Source of the DNA: an uncultured Verrucomicrobiota bacterium
GTDB lineage: Bacteria; Verrucomicrobiota; Kiritimatiellia; RFP12; UBA1067
DNA length: 64,000 nucleotides
Direction of reading: 5' to 3'
Assembly: GCA_945834475.1 (NCBI GenBank)
Contig: CAMAHK010000002.1
Location: forward strand, 27,642 to 91,641
In this document: positions 30,837 through 40,300 of the stretch, one piece after another
Layout: the number at the start of each line of letters is the position of its first letter
Position numbering within the stretch: the stretch's first letter is position 1
Position numbers and translations under genes: made by a program
Notes under the pieces: model-generated
What the model saw: the letters and a program-made list of their open reading frames with translations, nothing else
Database searches by the model: none
What the model was told of the DNA's origin: nothing

Positions 30837-31859
30837 ATGTCCAAGAAGCGATCAAAGAAAAAGATCAGCAACGCGCGGCGACTGTCGAGAATCCTCGGCA
30901 TCGCCGCCGTTCTTGTCCTCGCCTTGCTCGCCACGGCGGGCAACTGGTTTGTCCACCATCCGCGCTCGTGGTTGCGCGAACGTGAGGACGCCTGGCCGAA
31001 GTTTCTCACGTCGACGCTTTACTCTTTCGGCAATCCTGTCGCCGACGTGACGGACGGCCTCGGGTGGACAGGGACGGACGCCGTCTACGAATTTGACGAG
31101 GATGCGCCCGAGGGTTCCATCACGTTCGCCGGTGCCCCCGTGCGCACGGGTTTCCCCGCCCCGGCCGATATCCGCGTCCTGCAGCGCGGCGAGTTTCTCG
31201 TCGGTTGGTCCGACACCTTGCGCCATCCCGTCTGGTGCGCCTATCACGTGACGCGCGACAAGAAGTTCGAGGACGGCAAGCGTCCGAGTTTCCTTGTCGA
31301 CAAGGGCATTTCCCGCGCACCGCATCCCGCCGACTACACGAACAGCGGCTTCGACCGCGGGCACATGGTGCCGAACCACGCGATCATTTCGCGCTTCGGC
31401 GAAGAGGCCCGCCGCCAGACGTTCCTGATGAGCAACATTGCGCCCCAGTCCCCCGCGCTCAACCGCGGCGTCTGGCGCGACGTCGAACACCGCATCGCCG
31501 ACCTCTGGACCGCCCGCTACGGCGAAATCTGGGTCGTCGTCGGCTGCATCCCTTCTCGCAGCGGCGAAAATTTCGCCAACGGCATCGACATTCCGCATGC
31601 GTTTTACCAGGTCATCCTCGCCCAGGAGGGACAGGATGTACGAGCGCTCGCCGTCCTGATTCCCCAGCGCGTTCCGTGGGAGGCCTGGGCCGCGCGCAAC
31701 ATCATCTCGATTGACGAACTAGAAAACCTGACAGGACTTGACTTCAATCCCGAGCTCCCCGGTTTCATTCAGGATCCCCTTGAAGCCCAGCTTCCAACCC
31801 GACTCTGGCCCGTCCGCTTCTGGGACATCTTCAAACAGATACTGCTCCGATTCCAATAA
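30837..31859 (+). CDS. Membrane-anchored DNA/RNA non-specific endonuclease (Endonuclease_NS, DRGH type)
   Basis: N-terminal basic stretch plus a transmembrane helix, and the catalytic motif GFDRGHMVPN. Confidence 0.75.
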   Translation: MSKKRSKKKISNARRLSRILGIAAVLVLALLATAGNWFVHHPRSWLREREDAWPKFLTSTLYSFGNPVADVTDGLGWTGTDAVYEFDEDAPEGSITFAGAPVRTGFPAPADIRVLQRGEFLVGWSDTLRHPVWCAYHVTRDKKFEDGKRPSFLVDKGISRAPHPADYTNSGFDRGHMVPNHAIISRFGEEARRQTFLMSNIAPQSPALNRGVWRDVEHRIADLWTARYGEIWVVVGCIPSRSGENFANGIDIPHAFYQVILAQEGQDVRALAVLIPQRVPWEAWAARNIISIDELENLTGLDFNPELPGFIQDPLEAQLPTRLWPVRFWDIFKQILLRFQ

Positions 31860-31868
31860 GCCTCACCC

Positions 31869-32651
31869 ATGCCACATCCTGCCACATTGAGCCGCACAGA
31901 ACTGATGCTTGGAACACGGATGCTGGACACCCTGAAGGCGACCAAGGTCGCTGTCATCGGCTTGGGTGGCGTTGGCAGCTGGTGCGCCGAATCACTTGTA
32001 CGCTCCGGCGTGGGCCAACTGATGCTGGTCGATTCAGACCGCGTTTCAATCACCAACGTCAACCGCCAGCTGATGGCGACAACGAAGACGGAGGGAGAAG
32101 TCAAGGTTGCCGTCCTCGCCGAGCGCCTAAGGGAGATCAACCCAACGGTCAAACTCGATGTCCGACAGGAGATCTACGACGAGACATCTGCCGCGGGTTT
32201 CAAGCTTGAGAAATACGACTACATCATCGACTGCATCGACTCGCTCCCCTGCAAGGCGGCGCTGATCCGCCACGCGCTGTCAATTCCGACGGCGACGCTC
32301 TTCGCCTCGATGGGCGCCGCTCTCAAGATGGACCCCTTCCAGGTCCGCGCCACAGAATTCCGCAAGATCGAAGGCGACGGACTCGCCCGCGCACTCCGCC
32401 AGAAGTTCAAGAAAACGGGCGGCTTCCCTGCACGCAAGTTCACCTGCGTTTGGAGTCCCGAGCATCGCGAAAATCTCGGTGACATCCTCCAACCCGACGC
32501 CACCGACACCTGGGGCTCAAAGAAGGCCCGCATCAATGGCACGGTCGCGCACACGACGGCCATCTTCGGCTTTTCACTCGCCGGCCTCGTCTTGCAGGAT
32601 GTCGAGCTAAACGTACTCGGTCGGTCAACACCGCTGCGCGGTCTTGACTGA
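31869..32651 (+). CDS. tcdA: tRNA threonylcarbamoyladenosine dehydratase (ThiF/MoeB fold)
   Basis: KVAVIGLGGVGSWCAESLVRSGVGQLMLVDSDRVSITNVNRQ Rossmann region. Confidence 0.75.
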   Translation: MPHPATLSRTELMLGTRMLDTLKATKVAVIGLGGVGSWCAESLVRSGVGQLMLVDSDRVSITNVNRQLMATTKTEGEVKVAVLAERLREINPTVKLDVRQEIYDETSAAGFKLEKYDYIIDCIDSLPCKAALIRHALSIPTATLFASMGAALKMDPFQVRATEFRKIEGDGLARALRQKFKKTGGFPARKFTCVWSPEHRENLGDILQPDATDTWGSKKARINGTVAHTTAIFGFSLAGLVLQDVELNVLGRSTPLRGLD

Positions 32652-32726
32652 CCGAGTACATGTTGCGGTGCGACGAAATTTTTGTTAAAATGTGCTTATC
32701 ATCTCTTCAAGGGGAGAAATCATACT

Positions 32727-35700
32727 ATGAAAACATTGAAAATTGTCGTCAGTTCGTTGGCAATCGGCGCACTGTGTCATGCGCTGCCAGCTGCCGATGT
32801 CATCAGTCTCAACTTCGGTTCCGGCAACGGAGCGGTCGGGAATACCACCGCATACGGCATCGTTCCGGCGACCAATTGGTTCAATCTAGCTGCTGCAGGC
32901 AACACCCGTACCGACATCACCTCGATGAACGGCCGATTGCTCGGGAATCTCGTTTGGAATTGCAAAAATACATATCAATATACTGACGGCATTACCGACA
33001 ACGCTCTCAAGGGCTACCTCGATGACGGCGACAGCGGCAACGTCATCACGATTGCCTTGACCGGTATTCCCTTCGAGTACTACCGGGTAATCGTCTACCA
33101 GGCGACCGACACGCCGAATGCGCAGTTCAACCCGCCCTCGCTCAACGGGGTTTTCTATTCGTATGACGGCGGCAAGAAGTCGATGGTGCGCAACAATACT
33201 TTTCTCAAATACGGCAGCTCGCGAAATGCCACGGCCGTGGTCGGCACCAATGTTGCCGAATATCAGCGCGTCTTCAGCGGCGACATGACTATTCTTGGCG
33301 GCGGCAGCATCAATAATAATGGAGTGCGTGGATGCATCGCCGCCGTGCAGATTGTCGAGGCTGATAGCTATACTGCCACGCTGACGGGCGATAGCGATTT
33401 CAATAACTTGACCTGGTCGCCCGAAAAGCCGGCTGATGGCTTTGCCGCTGGATCGGTTTTGAAGGTAAATTATGCAGGCGATACGCCCGTTACATTGAAG
33501 GCGAACGGCGATTATTCCGGCTTGGGACTCGCAATTTCCGGACCGATTGCGCTTAAAACTACGACTCGTATCAAGACGGCTTGCGTTTCGTTCGACAACG
33601 GAGCCTCGCTTGATCTTTCGGCGATGGCGATTGACGAAACGGCCAAGGCTGCCGTGCGCGGCGTGCCGGCGGCGACGGACTTCATTCTCGGCGAGTTGGA
33701 CGCCGCGTCGGTTTCGGTAACGCTCCCGACGGTGGAGGCTGGCTACAACGTCGCGCTCGATACGGTTACCGGCTTTGGTACGCGTCTCGTGGTGACAGCC
33801 CCCAACAGTGCCGAATTCCGTTCGGTCAACTTCAACTTCTCGCGCACGTTCGACAATGCGGAATTGACCGATGGCGCGAGGTATGGTCTCCATCAAGTCG
33901 CCAAGGAAAACTGGAAAGTCGTCGAGACCAACGGCGAAGGCAAGGTGGTCGCGACTGTGTCGAACGGCGTGACGCTGACCCCGACCATCACGAACCTGGC
34001 GCTCGACACATCCGACATGGGCGTTGGCCTGTTCGACGGCGCCGTCAACGACAACCCCAATAACGACGAGTCGACCGCCACGTACGGGTTTACGCTTTCA
34101 GGCATCAATACGGCCGTGGGCGGGAAGTACCGCGTCATCGTCAACATGATTTCGAATCAGGGCAATGGCTTTTCGCCCGTGTCGATCGGCGGTAAAAAGT
34201 ACCACGGAACCGGCGCAACGGCCGGGGCGACGATGTCGTCCGCCGATGAAGTTCGCTGGGGTACGCTTTCCGCGAATTCCATGGCGACCGAAGGCTTGAA
34301 TACGGTAGTTTCAGACGTTCTGACCGCAGACTCAGTGACGGTCGAGACCTGCCGCAATTACACTCAATACGGCGCGCGTGCTAGCATTTGCGCCTTGCAA
34401 GTCGTCGAAGTCGGCGAGCTTGCGCATTTCGAGGCGGTTGCTTTCACCGCCAATTTGACGGGCGATGCGACGTGGGGCGCGAAGACCGGCTTGTCGGATC
34501 CGAGCGCGGAATGGAAGAATGGCGCTGACAATACTATTACGCTCACCAATACCGCGAGCGCGGCGGAGATTACCCTGACGATCGACTCGTCGATCGTCGC
34601 TAAGTCGTTCAAGATCGTCTCCCCGGCCGGACATCGCGTGTTGATTGCGCGTACCAACGGCGCAACCATCGACGTCGATTCGCTCGATTTTGTCGAAGCT
34701 CCCAGTTTCGTTGTCTACACCAATCCGGTGTCGGCGCTCGCGTCGGATACGGTAGTCAACCGCGCTTGGGGCGGCGGCAATGCCGATCCCGAGCAAGCCA
34801 TTGCCATCGAGCACAACGGCGGCGAACTTAATCTCGTCGGCGGCATCTGGAAACTCCAGCAGTCGAATAACGGCACTGCCACGAGCGTTCGGATGGTCGA
34901 CGCTTCAGTTGCCTACACCGACGTGCTGGGCATCGGCACGGCGAGCTACTACCTTGGCGGCACGACGGCAGTGACCACGCCGAGCCTCGTGATCTCGCAA
35001 GGCGCGGCCGGGCGCACCGCTTTACTCGAACTCGCCGACTCTTCTTCCGTAACGGTAACTGGCAATACCTCCGCCGACCAGAACACTTCTTCGGTCATGT
35101 TCGGTCACTGGAACGGACCCGGCACATTCACCATCAAGGACAGCGCCGCCTTCACCGCGCCGGGCGATGTGCTGGTGGGTCTGACTAGCAATCGACAGAC
35201 GATTAATATCGAGGGCGGCACTTTCACGGCACGGGGCATAAAGCTTTCTGTGAACGCTACTGGTACGAATATCCTTAATTTCAACGGCGGCGTTTTGGCG
35301 CTTGGAGAGACTGGTATCGGTACCTATTCGGCGCAACGCACGATGCAAATTAACATCAGCAATTCGCCGGAACTGCGCGCGACGGCGGCGACGCTGCCGA
35401 TTGCCGAGCCGGTAAATATCGCCGCCGGCGCTACGCTGAATTTGACCAAAGCCGAAGGCGTCGAAGCAGCGACCGTCACGATGTCCGCCGCCGTGACCGG
35501 CGAAGGCGCCATCAACGTCGGCGCAGGTGTTACGCTCAAGCTCGTGGGCGCGGCGATGGAGGGTACGCTCGGCTCGGTTGAAGGTGGTCTCACCTTCGTT
35601 GCTTCTGCGGCGCAGCTCGTCGATGGTGTCATCACGATGGCGACGACGCAGGACAACTATGACGGGGCGACGATCACCGTCGTCAATGAAGCCGGCGAGG

Positions 35701-37169
35701 TTGTCGAGCACACGGCGGCGGTTGCCCACGGCGTGTTGACGCTCACGCTCTCGGTCAACAGTTTTGTCGATGCGAACACGTCGACGGCCGAGTGGGACTC
35801 GGGAATGACGGGCTATGTCACCGTCAAGAACACGGGCGATGAAGCGACGACGCTCACCATCAGCACGATCCCGTCTGGCGTCACCGCGATCAATGTGTTC
35901 GGCAAGGTCGACATCGTCTTCACCGAAGATGCGGTGGCGTGCGGGGTTCCGGTGCAACTCCAGTCGGGTGCCGAGGTCACGGCGTCCGGCGCGGTAAAGA
36001 ATCCGATGACTGTTCCGGCGGGTACGACGCTCACGGTGGCGGGCGAAACTTCGTCCGTTGACGCGCTCGTTTCCGTTTCGGGTGGTGAAGTTGTCATCGA
36101 CGGTACGGTGACGGCCAATGCGCGTATCGTGATTCCGAACGGTTCGACGCTTACGGTGAAGCCGGGCGCGACGCTCAATCTGACGTTGAACGAGCAGTTC
36201 AGCGCTGTGGCGGGTAATGCCGTGAACGGAACCTACAATATTTACGGCACGCTCAATCTCGGTTCGTCGCGCCTTAACATGAACAATGCGCACGATACCT
36301 GCTGGTTGAATCTCTATGCGGGCTCGATCATGACCGGTACGGATGAAGCGTGGTTCAACATGACGGGCGGCTGGGATCCGTGGATCTACATCAAGGCCTT
36401 CCCTGAAGCCGTGAACCAGTTTGTCACGTTTGACGTCCACTACGGTCATGGAGATTACAACGCGAACCCGAAGTGGAAGATGGAGAACGGCTCGGGCGTC
36501 GGACTCAAGATCCTGAAGACGACGAACAACTCCGAGACGCTCATCAAGGACACGACGAATGTCGGAGGCCTCGAACTTGCGGGCAACGTGAAGGTGCAGA
36601 TGCCTGAGGCCGAGCGCGGACTCCGCGGTGCGGTTGTGATCGGTGCGGGTACGAAAGTCACGCTGACGCGGAACGACTCGATCAGCTACGATCAGAATCC
36701 GAAGACGACGCTTGATATCGCCGGCATCCTCGATTGCGGCGCGTTCCGTCAGACGCTCTTCGAGGACAACACGATCACGCTGCGCGATGGCGGTCAGATC
36801 ACGGGTGCGGGCGCTGATTACAACAGCGAATACACGGCGGCGCTTGACGTGTGCCGTGCGCTGACGATCAAGGTCGCTGGGACGGCGACGATTGCGGGTC
36901 CGGTGGCGCAGCGTAATGCTGAGAGCGTCATCACGATCGCGCCGGTCGATGCCGAGATGAAGGGGACGCTCGTCCTTTCCAATCCGATCATCCGGTCGTC
37001 GCACATCGACCTTCAGCCGGGGGCGAAGGTTCAGCTGCCGTCGACGGTTAATGCGTCGAAGGTCATTACCACGGCGCGCGGCAAGATGATTGTTGCGAAG
37101 CCTGCGGCGACGGAAGGACAGACAATCTATCGCACGGCCAACAAGTCGTTTACCTTCATCATCCAGTAA
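32727..37169 (+). CDS. Giant secreted repetitive protein (1480 aa; beta-helix or autotransporter-associated beta-strand-repeat-like), function unknown
   Basis: GGGGAG Shine-Dalgarno sequence 10 nt upstream and a signal peptide MKTLKIVVSSLAIGALCHALPA. Sequence is Gly/Thr/Asn/Val-rich with degenerate repeats. No PEP-CTERM or autotransporter barrel was recognised. Confidence 0.6.
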   Translation: MKTLKIVVSSLAIGALCHALPAADVISLNFGSGNGAVGNTTAYGIVPATNWFNLAAAGNTRTDITSMNGRLLGNLVWNCKNTYQYTDGITDNALKGYLDDGDSGNVITIALTGIPFEYYRVIVYQATDTPNAQFNPPSLNGVFYSYDGGKKSMVRNNTFLKYGSSRNATAVVGTNVAEYQRVFSGDMTILGGGSINNNGVRGCIAAVQIVEADSYTATLTGDSDFNNLTWSPEKPADGFAAGSVLKVNYAGDTPVTLKANGDYSGLGLAISGPIALKTTTRIKTACVSFDNGASLDLSAMAIDETAKAAVRGVPAATDFILGELDAASVSVTLPTVEAGYNVALDTVTGFGTRLVVTAPNSAEFRSVNFNFSRTFDNAELTDGARYGLHQVAKENWKVVETNGEGKVVATVSNGVTLTPTITNLALDTSDMGVGLFDGAVNDNPNNDESTATYGFTLSGINTAVGGKYRVIVNMISNQGNGFSPVSIGGKKYHGTGATAGATMSSADEVRWGTLSANSMATEGLNTVVSDVLTADSVTVETCRNYTQYGARASICALQVVEVGELAHFEAVAFTANLTGDATWGAKTGLSDPSAEWKNGADNTITLTNTASAAEITLTIDSSIVAKSFKIVSPAGHRVLIARTNGATIDVDSLDFVEAPSFVVYTNPVSALASDTVVNRAWGGGNADPEQAIAIEHNGGELNLVGGIWKLQQSNNGTATSVRMVDASVAYTDVLGIGTASYYLGGTTAVTTPSLVISQGAAGRTALLELADSSSVTVTGNTSADQNTSSVMFGHWNGPGTFTIKDSAAFTAPGDVLVGLTSNRQTINIEGGTFTARGIKLSVNATGTNILNFNGGVLALGETGIGTYSAQRTMQINISNSPELRATAATLPIAEPVNIAAGATLNLTKAEGVEAATVTMSAAVTGEGAINVGAGVTLKLVGAAMEGTLGSVEGGLTFVASAAQLVDGVITMATTQDNYDGATITVVNEAGEVVEHTAAVAHGVLTLTLSVNSFVDANTSTAEWDSGMTGYVTVKNTGDEATTLTISTIPSGVTAINVFGKVDIVFTEDAVACGVPVQLQSGAEVTASGAVKNPMTVPAGTTLTVAGETSSVDALVSVSGGEVVIDGTVTANARIVIPNGSTLTVKPGATLNLTLNEQFSAVAGNAVNGTYNIYGTLNLGSSRLNMNNAHDTCWLNLYAGSIMTGTDEAWFNMTGGWDPWIYIKAFPEAVNQFVTFDVHYGHGDYNANPKWKMENGSGVGLKILKTTNNSETLIKDTTNVGGLELAGNVKVQMPEAERGLRGAVVIGAGTKVTLTRNDSISYDQNPKTTLDIAGILDCGAFRQTLFEDNTITLRDGGQITGAGADYNSEYTAALDVCRALTIKVAGTATIAGPVAQRNAESVITIAPVDAEMKGTLVLSNPIIRSSHIDLQPGAKVQLPSTVNASKVITTARGKMIVAKPAATEGQTIYRTANKSFTFIIQ

Positions 37170-37172
37170 GGC

Positions 37173-37203
37173 GGTACCGCGGGCGAGGGCGCCTCGCGGT
37201 ACG
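37173..37203. repeat. Intergenic palindromic element (CGTACCGCG...CGCGGTACC type) directly after the giant gene stop
   Basis: GGTACCGCGGGCGAGGGCGCCTCGCGGTACG. It shares termini with the intragenic family and could act as a terminator hairpin. Confidence 0.6.
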
Positions 37204-37333
37204 ATAAACGCGCGGGGGATCGAAAGGTCCTCCGCGTTGCTTTATGGTCGATATTGCCGTGGGCTTTGATCGCGATGTTGTTGCATTAACTTTGTCAATC
37301 GACCCCAACAAGACGAACTCCTGCATTGGGTGC

Positions 37334-40300
37334 CTACATTTCCCACGGCTTCGGTTCGCGCGGCGCGAGGCTCACGCGTTCATCGGGACGGAACGAAAGG
37401 TCCGTCTGCGGCACGATCTTCTCGAACTCGGAAAGGAACGAGAGTGTCGGATTGAGACGGAAACCCGGTCCCAGATCCACATCAAGGATGCGTCCGTTCG
37501 GATAGTGAAGCTCGACGAGCACCGGGAAGTTTCCGGGACTGCGCAGGATCGAATCGCGCACCGCGTTCACCTTCGCCTTAATCTCCGGATCTTCATACCG
37601 CATCTTGAAGCGCAAGCCCTTCGAGATGAGCGGCAACGCCGTCGCGAGCGGATAGACCTCCTTCGCACTGAACGAAAGATCGCCGAGTTGCGGATTGAGC
37701 TTCTGCGGATCGTCGTTCGCATAGGTCGTGCGATAGGTGACCTCGCCGCAGACAACGACCAGCTGCTCGAGCTCGTGCTCGATCGTCCCCTGCTCGCCGT
37801 TGAACTGCTTCCACGGCTTGCCGAAGCACATCGCCTCGCCGAATCCCGTGCCGTCGTCAAGCCCGAGAATCGCCCACTTCTCGCCAACGGACCCGTCGGG
37901 ACGCGGCTTCGGGATCTTGATCGAACACGAGGCGAGCTGCGCGATGACGCGCACCTCAAGTCGCTTCAAGAGGAACGGACTCAGCTCTTTCTTCTCAAAA
38001 CGCTTCTTGAGCTTCGCCTTCTCGGCATTGACCGCCTTATCGAACGCGACCTTGTCGCTCCATGAAACCTCGCCCTTTGCCCGGACGATGTTCCGTGCCA
38101 GCCCCTTGAGCTGCCACTCGTCGTCCTTGCCCTTCATCAGCATCTCTTCAATCGGCGACAACTTCACCGCCGCCTCGGCCTCCGATGCGTCTTCGTCTTC
38201 GGAATCGCCACCTCCACCTTCGACCTCAACCTCTTCCTCTCCACCTTCGACCTCAACCTCTTCCTCTTCCTCTTTCTTCTTCGCGATCATGTCGAGGGTG
38301 AACGGCAGGGTTTCGATCGTATCTTCCTTCGCGCCCGGGGCACGGGTACGGATTACGGCGATGGAACCTTCGGCGATCAGCTTGCGACAAGGCGAGAGCG
38401 GATTGCCCGAGATGTACACGCCACAGAGATCACGCTCGTTCTTGAGGTCCTCGGCCGGCGAGAACGGCGGGGTGTCGACGAGTTCCGCGTCGGAATACGT
38501 CTCCTTGCCGCCGTCCGCAAGCATGTCAAAGAAGTTCGCCTGAACGCTCGCATTCTCCTTCGCGCGTCCCTGCGCCTTCTTGAGCGCGAACTCGATGTTG
38601 TTGTAAAGTTTCGCACGGTTCGGTTCGATCGTCGAGAACGCGCCGACGCGCGTCAGGTTTTCGAGGACGCGCTTGTTGACGACATTCGAACCCGCGAGGC
38701 GCATGCAGAAGTCGAGGAATCCCGTGTACGGACCGTTCGCCTCGCGCTCCGCGACAATCGCCTCGGCCGCCGCGCTACCGACGCCCTTGATACCGCCAAG
38801 ACCGTAGCGGATGCCCTTCGCGTCCGGCGTCGGCACGAAGCGTGCGCCGGACTCGTTGACGTCCGGAAGCTTCAGCTCGAGGTTAATCGCCTGCGCTTCC
38901 GCGACGAAGCCGGGGAGCTTGTCGAAGTTGCCGATTTCGGACGAGATCTGCGCGCACATGAACTCGGCCGGATAGTGCGCCTTCAGGTAGCCGGTCTGGT
39001 ACGCGACCCACGCGTAGCAGACGGAGTGGGACTTGTTGAACGCGTATGAGGCGAACGCCTCCCAGTCCTTCCAGATCTTCTCGATGAGGGCCGTCGCCTT
39101 CCCTTCGTCCGTCAGTTCGCCGATGCGGAACTTCGGATTCGCGAGACACCCCTTGATGAACTTCGCCTTCAGCTCGGCCATGATGTCCATGAGCTTCTTG
39201 CCCATGGCCTTGCGGAGCTTGTCCGACTCGCCGCGCGTGAACCCCGCGAGGTCACGCGAGAGCAACATCACCTGTTCCTGATAGACCGTGATGCCGTACG
39301 TATCCTTGAGACGGCTCTCCATCTCGGGATGGTCGTAGACGACGGGCTTCCGTCCCTGCTTGCGATCAATGAAGTCGGGGATGTACGCCATCGGGCCCGG
39401 ACGGTACAGGGCGTTCATGGCGACGAGGTCCGTGAGCTTTTCCGGCTGCAGCGCCATGAGGTACTTCTTCATGCCCGCTGATTCGAACTGGAAGAGTCCC
39501 GTCGTCTCGCCACGGCCGAAGAGCTCGTACGTCTCAACGTCGTCGTCCGGAATGTTGTCGGGATTGAGGAACCCGTCCGGTCCGCGCAGGAATTCGGGAA
39601 CGCGCGGATTGTCCTTGCCGAGCAGCGCGACGCACTCCTTCTCGACCGAGAGCGTCTTGAGTCCTAGGAAGTCCATCTTGAGGAGGCCGACCGGTTCCAC
39701 GAAGTGGCCGTCGTACTGCGTCGTCAGGAGCTTCTCCTGCTTAGGCACCCCTTCACCTTCGCCCTTCACCTTCTTCCCCGCCCCGCCTTTTTCCGGCGTC
39801 GGCATCACGGGAAGCGTCTCCGCGATCGGATCGCGCGAGATGATGACACCGCAGGCATGCACGCCCGGCTGACGGATGCAGCCCTCGAGGCGTCCCGCAC
39901 GTTCCATCAGCTTGTGGACGACGGGATCGTCGGAGTTGAACGCGGCGTCAAGATCAGGGGACGCCGCGCGGGCCTTTTTGAAGTTGATCTTCGGGACTTC
40001 CGGGACGTACGAGGCGAGCTTGTTCGTCGCGGCGAGCGGATAGTCCATCACGCGGCCGACATCCTTGATCGCCGACTTCGCGGCCATCTGTCCGAACGTC
40101 ACGATATGCGCGACGTGGTCGGCGCCGTACTGACGCGTCACATAATCAAGCACGCGTTCGCGTCCCGCATCGTCGAAGTCGACATCGATATCCGGCATCG
40201 AGATTCGGTCGGGATTCAGGAATCGCTCGAACAGGAGGTCGTACTTAATCGGATCGACGTTCGTGATCCAAAGCGCATACGCGACAGCCGAGCCCGCAGC

